From Kiritimatiellia bacterium (GTDB taxonomy: Bacteria > Verrucomicrobiota > Kiritimatiellia > RFP12 > UBA1067): a stretch of DNA of 64,000 nt. A program made the translations under genes and the position numbers. The notes below the pieces were generated by a model. That model was not told the DNA's origin. It ran no database searches and saw only the letters and a list, made by a program, of their open reading frames with translations. The stretch spans positions 1-64,000 of the forward strand of contig JBMNFY010000011.1 in assembly GCA_050949565.1 (NCBI GenBank), in the 5' to 3' direction. Of the stretch, positions 1 through 8,693 are shown in pieces (the stretch's first letter is position 1; each line of letters begins with the position of its first letter).

Positions 1-5
1 GCGCG

Positions 6-1232
6 TTGGCGGCGGCACCGTCGATCTCGTTAGGGCAGGCACAGCGCGTATTTAAATACGCAGTAGTCGGCTGCGGAGGTCGAGGTTCCGGAGCCGTCAA
101 GGACATTCGGGCTGCAGCGGAGCGGCTCGGGCACAAGGCCGTGCTGGTCGGCGCGTCCGACTTCTTCCAGGAAAAAGCCGCTGCGGTCTGCAAGGCCAAC
201 GGCTGCGACGAGAAGTTCGCGTTCGGCGGTGCCGGCGGCTACAAGAAGGTTCTCGAACTGGACGCCGAGATCATCCTGTTGGCGACACCGCCGATCTTCC
301 GTCCGCTACACCTCGAAGCGTGCGTCAAGGCCGGCAAACACGTCTTCGCCGAGAAGCCGATCGCCACGGATGCGGCGGGTCTGCGCCAGTTCCTCAAGGG
401 GGTTGCCGAGGCCAAGGCCAAGAACCTCTCGATCCTGTCGGGCACGCTGCACCGCCACTCCAACCGCCACCTCCGGCTGATCGGCCCCGTGCAGAAGGGC
501 GCGATCGGCAATCTCCTCGCAGGCCGGGTGTATCGCTGCCAAGGCGGCATCTGGGTCCGGCCGCGCCGCAACAACGAGTCGAACGCCGCCTACCTCTGCA
601 ACAACTGGTACCACTTCTGGGAGATGTCCGGCGACCAGATCACGGAGCAGGCGATCCACGAAGTCGATCTCGCGAACTGGTACCTCGGGCGCCTTCCGAA
701 GACCGCGATGGCCATCGGTGCGCGTCACCGCCGCCCGGCGGGCATCGGTAACATCTACGACTGCATGGCGATTGACTATGACTATGGCGACTCCATACAT
801 GTGCAGGCGATCGGGCGTCACATCTCCGGTTGCTCGGACCGGGTCGGCACCCTGCTGGTCGGAACCGAGGGCGAGGTGGCCTGCGGCGGCAAGATCACGC
901 GGTTTGACGGCAAGGAGGTGCAGTACGACGAAGAGCGGATCAAGGGGCGTCATGAAAACGGACTGATCATGGAGCACTGCGATTTCCTCAGCGGCCTGCT
1001 CAACGGCAATTTGCTCAACGAGGGCGAACAGGTGGCGATGTCAACGGCCTCGACGATGATGGGAACCTTCTCCGCCTACACGGGCCGGACGGTACGCATG
1101 TCGGATCTGCTCACCAACACCGACTCGGAGTTCTACAACATGAACGCCGGATTCACGGCGGCGGACTTCGAGCGCACGGACGACATCCCGATGCCCGCTG
1201 AAGGCGTGGGTGCGGTACCGGGTAAGGCGTGA
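6..1232 (+). CDS. Gfo/Idh/MocA family oxidoreductase (true start probably upstream of window)
   Basis: Rossmann VVGCGGRG, GKHVFAEKP, EQAIHEVD motifs; N-terminus resembles the tail of a signal peptide and the frame is open to the window edge. Confidence 0.9.
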   Translation: MAAAPSISLGQAQRVFKYAVVGCGGRGSGAVKDIRAAAERLGHKAVLVGASDFFQEKAAAVCKANGCDEKFAFGGAGGYKKVLELDAEIILLATPPIFRPLHLEACVKAGKHVFAEKPIATDAAGLRQFLKGVAEAKAKNLSILSGTLHRHSNRHLRLIGPVQKGAIGNLLAGRVYRCQGGIWVRPRRNNESNAAYLCNNWYHFWEMSGDQITEQAIHEVDLANWYLGRLPKTAMAIGARHRRPAGIGNIYDCMAIDYDYGDSIHVQAIGRHISGCSDRVGTLLVGTEGEVACGGKITRFDGKEVQYDEERIKGRHENGLIMEHCDFLSGLLNGNLLNEGEQVAMSTASTMMGTFSAYTGRTVRMSDLLTNTDSEFYNMNAGFTAADFERTDDIPMPAEGVGAVPGKA

Positions 1233-1239
1233 GTCAAGG

Positions 1240-1338
1240 GAGGCCTGCAAAACCCCTCGTGGCATGGGCGTCCCGCCCATGAAACACGGGCAAGATGCCC
1301 GTGCCACACCTGTAAGCAAAGGGTTTTGCAAGAACCTC
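1240..1338. mobile_element. MITE-A: ~100-bp element with terminal inverted repeats carrying two REP-like hairpins
   Basis: Ends GAGGCCTGCAAAACCCCT / AAGGGTTTTGCAAGAACCTC, 4-bp flanking direct repeat AAGG, internal CACGGGCAAGATGCCCGTG palindrome. Confidence 0.85.
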
Positions 1339-1366
1339 AAGGGACAGAGAATCGAAAGGAAAGCAA

Positions 1367-2338
1367 ATGAACAGGCGTGACTTTCTGAAGGCCACCGCTG
1401 CGGCGGGAATCGTGGCGGGGCTGCCTGCGGCATCGCATGCGGCGGCAGACCCCGTGTACAAAACGAAGCTCGAAAAAGCTCTGATCGCGCAGGTGGCGGA
1501 CGATGCGACCTGTGAGCGAATCGCAAAAGCCGGGTTCCCCGGCGTAGAACTCACGCGCAAAGGCATCACGGTCGAACAAGCCATCGAAGGACGGCGCACT
1601 GCGGAAAAGCACGGGCTGCGCATCCACTCGCTGATGAGCGGCGGAGCTGATTTCAACAATCCCGATCCCGACGCGCGCAAGCGCTCCTTCGATGTCATGG
1701 TCGAGCGCATACAGGTCACCGCCGCATACGGCGCGAGCACGATGCTGCTGGTGCCGTGCCGTGTGGGCGGAATGACCATGCCGAAGCCTTCGCAGTTCAG
1801 CATCGACTTTGATCCGCAGACGCTGCATGTCCGCACGGTGGTGAAGGACGACAACGCGCCGTTTGCCGCCTACATCGATGCGCAGAACCGCTCCACCGAC
1901 CTGACCCGCGAAGCGGTCACTAAACTGATTCCGGTTGCCGCGCGGGAAGGCGTGATCATCGCGCTTGAAAATGTGTGGAACAACCTTTGGGTAACACCGG
2001 AATTCGCCGCCGCGTTCGTGAAGTCGTTTGACTCGCCTTGGGTCAAAGCGTATGTCGATCTCGGCAACCATGTCCGGTACACCGCGACCGAAAATTGGTT
2101 GCGGGCGATGGGTAGCCTGATCGTGAAACTGCACATTAAGGACTTCCGCATCGACCGCAGCATGAAGAACGATGGCGAGTTTGTCGGGCTGGGTCGCGGA
2201 AGCGTGAACTGGAAATCGGTGCGGGATGTCATCGACGAGGTTCGTTACAACGGCTGGGTGACGATCGAAGAAAACAACTACTCAGACGCCGAATACAGTG
2301 CGATCATGGATCGGTTCTTCGCGGGACAGGGTGTTTAA
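1367..2338 (+). CDS. Tat-exported sugar phosphate isomerase/epimerase (xylose-isomerase-like TIM barrel)
   Basis: MNRRDFLK Tat motif; ALENVWN, YVDLGN, HIKD, TIE metal-ligand pattern. Confidence 0.9.
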   Translation: MNRRDFLKATAAAGIVAGLPAASHAAADPVYKTKLEKALIAQVADDATCERIAKAGFPGVELTRKGITVEQAIEGRRTAEKHGLRIHSLMSGGADFNNPDPDARKRSFDVMVERIQVTAAYGASTMLLVPCRVGGMTMPKPSQFSIDFDPQTLHVRTVVKDDNAPFAAYIDAQNRSTDLTREAVTKLIPVAAREGVIIALENVWNNLWVTPEFAAAFVKSFDSPWVKAYVDLGNHVRYTATENWLRAMGSLIVKLHIKDFRIDRSMKNDGEFVGLGRGSVNWKSVRDVIDEVRYNGWVTIEENNYSDAEYSAIMDRFFAGQGV

Positions 2339-2340
2339 CT

Positions 2341-2398
2341 GTGGCACGGGCATCTTGCCCGTGTAGATGTGGCACGGGCATCTTGTCCGTGTTTCACG
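2341..2398. repeat. Two tandem REP-like palindromes (GTGGCACGGGCATCTTG(C/T)CCGTG)
   Basis: Reverse complement of the MITE-A core hairpin, two copies. Confidence 0.85.
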
Positions 2399-2409
2399 GA
2401 GGAAAGGAA

Positions 2410-3465
2410 ATGAAGCAAGTGTTGCATCGGGACAACCTTAATGTCGGCATCATTGGATTCGGCTTCATGGGGCGCATGCACGACCGTTGCTGGCGCGCCC
2501 TGCCGGATGTGCGGATCGCGGCGGTGTGCGACCCCGATGCGGCGGCCCTGAAGGACGGCGGCGGACCGCGCGGCAACATCGCGGGCGCTTCCGAGAGCGT
2601 GGACCTCTCCGATGTCGCGATTTACTCCGATCCCGCCGAGTTGTTCGCGCATGAACAGCTTGACGCGGTATCGATCACGGTGCCTACCTACCTGCATGCC
2701 GACGTATCTGTGCGCGCGCTGGAAGCCGGTGTGCATGTGCTCTGTGAAAAGCCGATGGCACTCTCCAGCACAGAGGGACAACGCATGGTGGACGCCGCCG
2801 CGCGCGCGGACCGCTACCTGCAAATCGGCCACTGCATCCGCTTCTGGCCGGAGTACGCCAAGGCCAAGAAGATCGTCGCGGACGGGACATACGGTCGCGT
2901 CATCTCGGCGGCCTTCAGGCGCTTCTCCGCCACGGCGCACACCCGGCGCGGCCACTGGTTTGCAGACACCGCGCGGAGCGGCGGCATGCTCTTCGACCTG
3001 CACAGCCATGACACGGACTTCGTGCAACATCTTTTCGGTCTGCCGGAATCGATCATCAGTCATGGCGATCTTGCGGCGGGCGATGCGAACCACATCCTCA
3101 CCGCCTACCGCTACGCCGACGGCCCGCTCGTCACGGCCGAAGGCGGCTGGGCGATGACGCCGTCGCACGGCTTTCAGATGGCGTTTACGCTGGTGATGGA
3201 AAAAGCCGTCATCTGTTTCGACAGCAAAAAATCGCCGGCGTTCATGGTCTATCCAGTGTCGGGCGAGTCCTTCTCGCCATCGGTTGCAGCCGGCGACGGC
3301 TACGAGCACCAGATCCGGTATTTCGTGAGTCGCATTCGAGGTGAGCGCGTGCCGTCCGTGATCTCGCCGCATGACGCGCTGATGACGCTCCGCCTGTTGG
3401 AGGCCGAACGCGAATCGCTGACCACGGGACAAAAGATCGAGATCAAGGAGGAGGTGCTCGGCTGA
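2410..3465 (+). CDS. Gfo/Idh/MocA family oxidoreductase
   Basis: GIIGFGFMG, HVLCEKP, GGMLFDLHSHD; GGAAAGGA RBS before ATG 2410. Confidence 0.92.
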   Translation: MKQVLHRDNLNVGIIGFGFMGRMHDRCWRALPDVRIAAVCDPDAAALKDGGGPRGNIAGASESVDLSDVAIYSDPAELFAHEQLDAVSITVPTYLHADVSVRALEAGVHVLCEKPMALSSTEGQRMVDAAARADRYLQIGHCIRFWPEYAKAKKIVADGTYGRVISAAFRRFSATAHTRRGHWFADTARSGGMLFDLHSHDTDFVQHLFGLPESIISHGDLAAGDANHILTAYRYADGPLVTAEGGWAMTPSHGFQMAFTLVMEKAVICFDSKKSPAFMVYPVSGESFSPSVAAGDGYEHQIRYFVSRIRGERVPSVISPHDALMTLRLLEAERESLTTGQKIEIKEEVLG

Positions 3466-3496
3466 TGACAGATTGTTCCTTTTTTGTCCGCAGGAT

Positions 3497-3888
3497 GGGA
3501 GGGACGAGCGTCTGCTCGTCCGCGGGCAAGCAGACGCTTGCCCCTCCCGGCGCTCCGCGAGCCCAGATACCGCGCACCGGAATCTCAATCGGCCTTTCAC
3601 AACAATGCGGGCGTCCCCGCCCGCAACAGCGTGTCTTGCAAAAGGCTGGCGCGCACACATGTTCGGTTTCGGATTTCATTTTTGACATGGTTGACATGAT
3701 TGACATGATTGACACGATTTGGACGAGCCGCCTTCCGCGCATAGCGCGGAGGGAAAGCGGTGCCGCGACCCGCGCACAGCGCGGCTCTTGTCACCGCACT
3801 CCAAATTGTGCGCGTCCCAGTTCTGTGGGCGGCGTGTACGCCGCTCCGGTAGCCCCAAAATCTCTGCGTCTCCGCGTCTCTGCGTTAA
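3497..3888. repeat. Mosaic of REP-like hairpins and short periodic repeats
   Basis: GGGAGGGACGAGCG...CCCCTCCC hairpin pair (3497-3548), TTGACA(T/C)G(A/G) x4 (3682-3717), CTC(T/C)GCGT x3 (3862-3885). Confidence 0.8.
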
Positions 3889-3903
3889 AAAAGGAGCCTA
3901 ACA

Positions 3904-4740
3904 ATGAACGAACTTAAAAACCAACCTGATACCGTATGCGGCTGGCCGCTGTCGGTCTGCTCATGGTCGCTGCGGTGCGATCCCGATGGCGTGGCGCGCG
4001 CCATGGAGACACTCGGACTGCGCCAAGTGAATCTGGCGCTCAAGCCTGCCTTTGCGGAGAACGGCGCCGATTATCTGGCTGCGGTTCGACATCATGCGTG
4101 GACCGTGAGTGCCGCGACGATAGGATTTTTCCATGAGGACTACACCTCGCTGGAGAGCATCCGGGCGACGGGCGGGATCGTGCCGGACGAGCACTGGCCG
4201 CGCAGCCGCGAGATGGTGTTGCGCTCGGTCGAACTGACTGTTGAACTCGGCGCTCCTTTTCTCACCCTGCATGCCGGCTTTATCGAAGAGGAGGAGGGGG
4301 CGGCCACGCAGTGCATCCGTGAGCGCCTGACCCTGCTCGCGGATGTAGCCGCCGAACACGGTATCGGGCTGCTCCTTGAGACCGGACAGGAAACCGCTGA
4401 CAGCTTACGGCACCTGCTCGAAACACTCAACCATCCGGCGCTCGGTGTCAACTTTGATCCCGCCAACATGATCCTCTATGGCAAGGGCGACCCAATCAAA
4501 GCCATCGGCACACTCGCGCCTTGGATCCGGCACATCCACGTCAAGGACGCCCTCGCAACGCGTGAGCCCGGAAAGTGGGGCACCGAAGTGCCTTGGGGCG
4601 ACGGCGAAGTGGGCCAAAAGGCATTTCTTGAGGCTTTGCAAAAGATCGGCTACCGCGGTGCGCTCGCGATTGAGCGCGAAGCCGGCGACGACCGCCTGCG
4701 CGATATCGGGCTCGCGATCGAACGGCTGCGCGGCGGATAA
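3904..4740 (+). CDS. Sugar phosphate isomerase/epimerase (TIM barrel)
   Basis: LLETGQE, VNFDPAN, HVKD, IERE motifs; AAGGAG RBS. Confidence 0.9.
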   Translation: MNELKNQPDTVCGWPLSVCSWSLRCDPDGVARAMETLGLRQVNLALKPAFAENGADYLAAVRHHAWTVSAATIGFFHEDYTSLESIRATGGIVPDEHWPRSREMVLRSVELTVELGAPFLTLHAGFIEEEEGAATQCIRERLTLLADVAAEHGIGLLLETGQETADSLRHLLETLNHPALGVNFDPANMILYGKGDPIKAIGTLAPWIRHIHVKDALATREPGKWGTEVPWGDGEVGQKAFLEALQKIGYRGALAIEREAGDDRLRDIGLAIERLRGG

Positions 4741-4774
4741 CGCTCAAGTGTAGAAACCAAACTCTGTGTAAAAA

Positions 4775-5584
4775 ATGAAACCAGAAACCAGAAACCAGAA
4801 ACCGAATAAAGTGACATGGACCCCTGTACAGGACTATGAAGCAGCCAGTCGCCTCGCGGCGCAGAAGCTGTTTGATGCGATTGCAACCCATCTCGACCGG
4901 AAAGGCAACGCCGCCATCGGGCTCGCCACCGGCAACACGATGATCCGCCCGTATCAACTGCTGGCCAAGCTTCTGAACGATGCCGGACTTGATCTCGGCG
5001 GCCTCGCGACATTCAACTTGGATGAGTATGTGGACCATCAGGGAAGGAACGTGGCGTCGGATCATCCGCTCAGTTACCACAGCTACATGACGGAACGCCT
5101 GTTCAACCTTCTCGACCCCCGGCTCGGATTCAAGCTAGAGAATGCCTTTTTTCCGGACGCCGAAGATCCCGCCGGATTCGATGCACGGCTTGAAGCTCGC
5201 GGCGGACTCGATCTCCAGTTGCTCGGCATCGGTTTCAACGGCCACATCGCCTTCAACGAACCGCAGCCCGAGTCGGAGATTTCAACCGAAGCCTTCGCCG
5301 CACTGCCCACCCGCGTAATCCCGCTCGCCCAGCAAACCATAGAGACGAACGCACGCCTCACGGCGTCCGGAGACTTGACCGCCGTGCCGCGCAAGGCCGT
5401 CACCATGGGTATGCGCCAGATTCTGGCGGCGCGCGACATCTTGCTGGTGGCGTGCTTCAAGGAGCAGACCGTGCCGCTGCGGCGGATCAAGACGGATCGG
5501 GTCAGTGTGGAAACGCCGGCCTCTTTCCTGCTGGATCATCCATCTGCCGAAATCATCTACACGACCGACACCATTACCCTTTAA
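4775..5584 (+). CDS. nagB: Glucosamine-6-phosphate deaminase family protein (true start may be GTG 4811)
   Basis: GLATGNT, FNLDEY, LGIGFNGHIAFNEP, AVTMG, PASFL. Confidence 0.85.
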   Translation: MKPETRNQKPNKVTWTPVQDYEAASRLAAQKLFDAIATHLDRKGNAAIGLATGNTMIRPYQLLAKLLNDAGLDLGGLATFNLDEYVDHQGRNVASDHPLSYHSYMTERLFNLLDPRLGFKLENAFFPDAEDPAGFDARLEARGGLDLQLLGIGFNGHIAFNEPQPESEISTEAFAALPTRVIPLAQQTIETNARLTASGDLTAVPRKAVTMGMRQILAARDILLVACFKEQTVPLRRIKTDRVSVETPASFLLDHPSAEIIYTTDTITL

Positions 5585-5592
5585 GGAGTTGC

Positions 5593-6435
5593 ATGAAATC
5601 GACCTTAGTTATCGGCTATGACGTGGAGCGCATCCCCGGACGCGTACCGGGCGAGAAATGGGTCGGCAGGCCCGTGCCGGTGGACACGACGACGCGCTTT
5701 CTGACGCGCATCGTCGATGTTCACCGCGCAGTCAACGTGCCGGCCACGATCTTCATGGTCGGCGCCAACATCGAGGCGCACCGACGCGAATTGGAGGCGT
5801 GCCTCGCATCAGGGCTCTTTGAGATCGCCCAGCACACGCACGAGCACTACCCGCTGAAGACCGTGGTGGAAGAGACCGGCAGCCGGGTCTATCTCAAAGG
5901 ACTGGACTTCGCACGCATCGAAGAGCAGATCGCGCGTCCCTGCGAGTTGCTCAAGCGTCACCTCGGCGTCGAGTGCAAGGGCCTCACCACGCCGTACACC
6001 CATTACCGCGGACTTTCGGATCGCCCCGATATTCTCGAAATCATCGCGCGGTACGGCATGGTATACACGCGCTCTTACGGTCGCAACAGCTTGGATTATT
6101 TCCCGCTCGACTGGGACATCCAGCCTTTCTTCTATGAGCGCCAAGGCTTCCCGGAAATCCTTGAGTTTCCGGTGCAGGGCTGGATCGACGCGCAGTGGCG
6201 TCATGACAATGGGTGGGACAAGCAGGCGGAGTACCTTGCTTACCTCAAGGAGCAGGTTGACACGCATGCCGACCGTGGCATCTGCTGGGCGCACCTGCAG
6301 CACGACTGGACCAGTCTGCTCTGCGACCCAGACCTGACATGGACCCGCCGCTTTCTGGAATACGCGGCGGAACGTTTCGAAACACGAACCTATTTCGATT
6401 ATTACAAAGAGACTCTTGCTAAAAAACCCTCGTGA
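5593..6435 (+). CDS. Polysaccharide deacetylase family (CE4-like) protein
   Basis: GYDVE, PATIFMVG, EIAQHTHEH, HDW; AAGGAG RBS; last residues supplied by MITE-A. Confidence 0.8.
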   Translation: MKSTLVIGYDVERIPGRVPGEKWVGRPVPVDTTTRFLTRIVDVHRAVNVPATIFMVGANIEAHRRELEACLASGLFEIAQHTHEHYPLKTVVEETGSRVYLKGLDFARIEEQIARPCELLKRHLGVECKGLTTPYTHYRGLSDRPDILEIIARYGMVYTRSYGRNSLDYFPLDWDIQPFFYERQGFPEILEFPVQGWIDAQWRHDNGWDKQAEYLAYLKEQVDTHADRGICWAHLQHDWTSLLCDPDLTWTRRFLEYAAERFETRTYFDYYKETLAKKPS

Positions 6436-6511
6436 CATGGGCGTCCCACCCATGAAACACGGGCAAGATGCCCGTGCCACACCTGCAAGCAAGGGATTTT
6501 GCAAGAACCTC
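6409..6511. mobile_element. MITE-A copy inserted in the deacetylase 3' end
   Basis: Degenerate left TIR, right TIR GGGATTTTGCAAGAACCTC, ACAAA duplicated at 6404-6408 and 6512-6516. Confidence 0.85.
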
Positions 6512-6548
6512 ACAAAACCAAAACAACCGAAATAGCAAAGGAGAAGAC

Positions 6549-7727
6549 ATGAGTTGGAACCTCTACTTCCTACTGAGCGGCATGATGTTTTTCGAGTTCC
6601 TCATTTGGGGGGCTTGGAGTCCGGTGCTGGCCTCGCGCCTGCTCGGAACCCTGAAAATGAGCGGCAAACAACTGGGATGGATCTACGGCGTAATGCCGCT
6701 GGCTTGCATCATTGTGCCTCTGGCAGCCGGGCAGATCGTCGATAAATGGTGTCCTATGCAGTGGTATCTCGGTGCCGCACATCTGGCTGGCGCTGTTTTT
6801 CTGTTTATCGCTGCCCGAGCCAAACGCTTCTGGCCGATGTTCATAGCGATGGGGCTGTACGCGGTCTGCTTCGCGCCAACGCTCGCGCTGGTGAACTCTT
6901 TAGCGTTCGCGCACATCCCGAACCCCGAGGTCGACTATTTTCGTGTCCGTGTTTGGGGCTCCATCTCATGGGTCGTGGCCGGATTGCTGCTGACAGCCTG
7001 GCGTCGCTCCGGCAAGTGGCAGGTCGTCCACTCCGACTGCCTGATTTTGGCGGGCGTTTTCTCCCTGATCATGGGGATCTATTGCTTCTTCTTGCCGCAC
7101 ACCCCGCCCGCGCACAAAGACGGAGCGGTCTTCCCGTTCCTGCAAGCGATCTCCATGCTCAAGGACACCAACTTCTTGCTCTTCCTGATCATCTCGTTTG
7201 TCGTCACCACGCAGCTCCAGTTTTATTTTCTGGGCACATCCCGGTTCCTGGAAGACATCGGCACGCCGAACGCCTCGATCCCCGGCCTGATGAGCATCGC
7301 CCAGGCCGCTCAGATTGTGGCCATGGCGGTCATTTTGCCGCTGATTTTCCGCAGGATGGGCTACCAGTGGACGTTGGCCATCGCGACACTCATGTGGATC
7401 GTGATGTTCATGACGTATGCCCGGATGAAGCCGCGTTCTGCGATCATCGCTTCCATGGCCCTGCATGGATTGGCTTATGCGTTCTTCTTCGATGCCGGGT
7501 TCCTATACATGGAGCGTGTGGCTCCCCCGGAAATCCGCGGTTCGGCGCAAGCGCTCTACACAACCGTCACACAGGGGCTCGGCCTTTTCGTCGGCACATG
7601 GATCACGGGCGCGGTGATGGATCGCTTCCGTAGCGCGGAGGGCTTCGATTGGCGGCGGATCTTCTTGGTCCCCTGTTTCCTGCTGATCGTCTGTATGCTG
7701 GCCTTTGTCTTCATCTTCAGGGGGTGA
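6549..7727 (+). CDS. MFS transporter, nucleoside:H+ symporter (NupG-like) family
   Basis: MMFFEFLIWGAW, GQIVDKW, RVRVWGSISW, LPHTPP, IRGSAQAL; about 12 hydrophobic segments. Confidence 0.9.
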   Translation: MSWNLYFLLSGMMFFEFLIWGAWSPVLASRLLGTLKMSGKQLGWIYGVMPLACIIVPLAAGQIVDKWCPMQWYLGAAHLAGAVFLFIAARAKRFWPMFIAMGLYAVCFAPTLALVNSLAFAHIPNPEVDYFRVRVWGSISWVVAGLLLTAWRRSGKWQVVHSDCLILAGVFSLIMGIYCFFLPHTPPAHKDGAVFPFLQAISMLKDTNFLLFLIISFVVTTQLQFYFLGTSRFLEDIGTPNASIPGLMSIAQAAQIVAMAVILPLIFRRMGYQWTLAIATLMWIVMFMTYARMKPRSAIIASMALHGLAYAFFFDAGFLYMERVAPPEIRGSAQALYTTVTQGLGLFVGTWITGAVMDRFRSAEGFDWRRIFLVPCFLLIVCMLAFVFIFRG

Positions 7728-7728
7728 G

Positions 7729-8338
7729 CCTAAAAAGAGCAGTTGAACCTTCAACTCTCTTTGGTTTCTGGTTTCAAGGTTTCATGGTTTCATGGTTTCA
7801 AGGTTTCATCCAAATCGGGATCGGGATCGCTATCGGGATCGATTGTTTAACCACGGAACACACCGAACACACGGAAAGGCATGGCTCTGTTTCCGTGTGT
7901 TTAGCCTAAAAAGAGCAGTTGAACCTTCAACTCTCTTTGGTTTCTGGTTTCAAGGTTTCAAGGTTTCAAGGTTTCAAGGTTTCAAGGTTTCATCCAAATC
8001 GGGATCGGGATCGCTATCGGGATCGATTGTTTAACCACGGAACACACCGAACACACGGAAAGGCATGGCTCTGTTTCCGTGTGTTTAGTGTGTTCCGTGG
8101 TTCCAAGCAGAAATGGCGTTCTGCACCAAATAGGTGCGGCGCGGATCTCAACGGAAGCCGATGTTTACGGGGCTTTGCTCAAAATCTGCATGCTCAACTG
8201 CTCTTTTTAGGTTTAGTGTGTTCCGTGGTTCCAATCAGAATTGCGTTCTGCACCAAATAGGTGCGGCGAGGATCGCGATGAAAGCCAATGTTTACGCGGC
8301 TTTGCTCAAAATCCGTACGCCCAACTGCCGTTTTTAGG
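7729..8338. mobile_element. MITE-B outer copy (~298 bp once the inner copy is removed)
   Basis: IRL CCTAAAAAGAGCAGTTG at 7729; IRR CAACTGCCGTTTTTAGG ending 8338; same module order as the inner copy. Confidence 0.75.
7905..8211. mobile_element. MITE-B inner copy (307 bp) nested in the outer copy
   Basis: Perfect 18-bp TIRs CCTAAAAAGAGCAGTTGA / TCAACTGCTCTTTTTAGG; TTTAG duplicated at 7900-7904 and 8212-8216. Confidence 0.85.
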
Positions 8339-8650
8339 TTCATGGTTTCATGGTTTCTGGTTTCATGGTTTCTGGTTTCATCCAAATCGGGATCGAGATC
8401 GCTATCGGGATCGATTGTTGCGACCACTCAGTGGCTCGCAACGACGAGTGTAAAAGTGGCGGCGTGACCGTTGCCGGACGACTGGCTTGTGCAGCATGGC
8501 GATCCACTGCGTGGTCGCAACAAGAGAGGTTGACTCGTGACCCGCGACTTGCGGCCAGCCCTGCCCCCCCAAAAAAAACCTCGTGCCCTTCGTGTGAGAA
8601 AAACCGAGCCATGCATGAAACCAGAAACCTTGAAGCCCAGAAACCCAAGG
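8339..8650. repeat. Third GGTTTC(A/T)/ATCGGG module plus further short repeat remnants
   Basis: GGTTTCAT/GGTTTCT run, ATCGGG-type hexamers, TTGACTCGTGACCCGCGACTTGCGGC (near-identical at ~31418), GAAACC repeats. Confidence 0.7.
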
Positions 8651-8693
8651 TCACGCGCTTGATCGTGTGCCCCGCCCGCGCACCCCGTCACCG

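Noticed and set aside
2335-3660. Long antisense and alternate-frame ORFs here and throughout the window
   Set aside because: Expected in high-GC coding DNA; they overlap well-supported genes and lack motifs
4775-4810. Repeat-derived N-terminal peptides (MKPETRNQKP; also MDIVDFVDVVD at 52925, MARASCPC at 2341, and 6468, 40856, 62400) as real protein sequence
   Set aside because: They are translations of REP or periodic repeats upstream of more plausible starts
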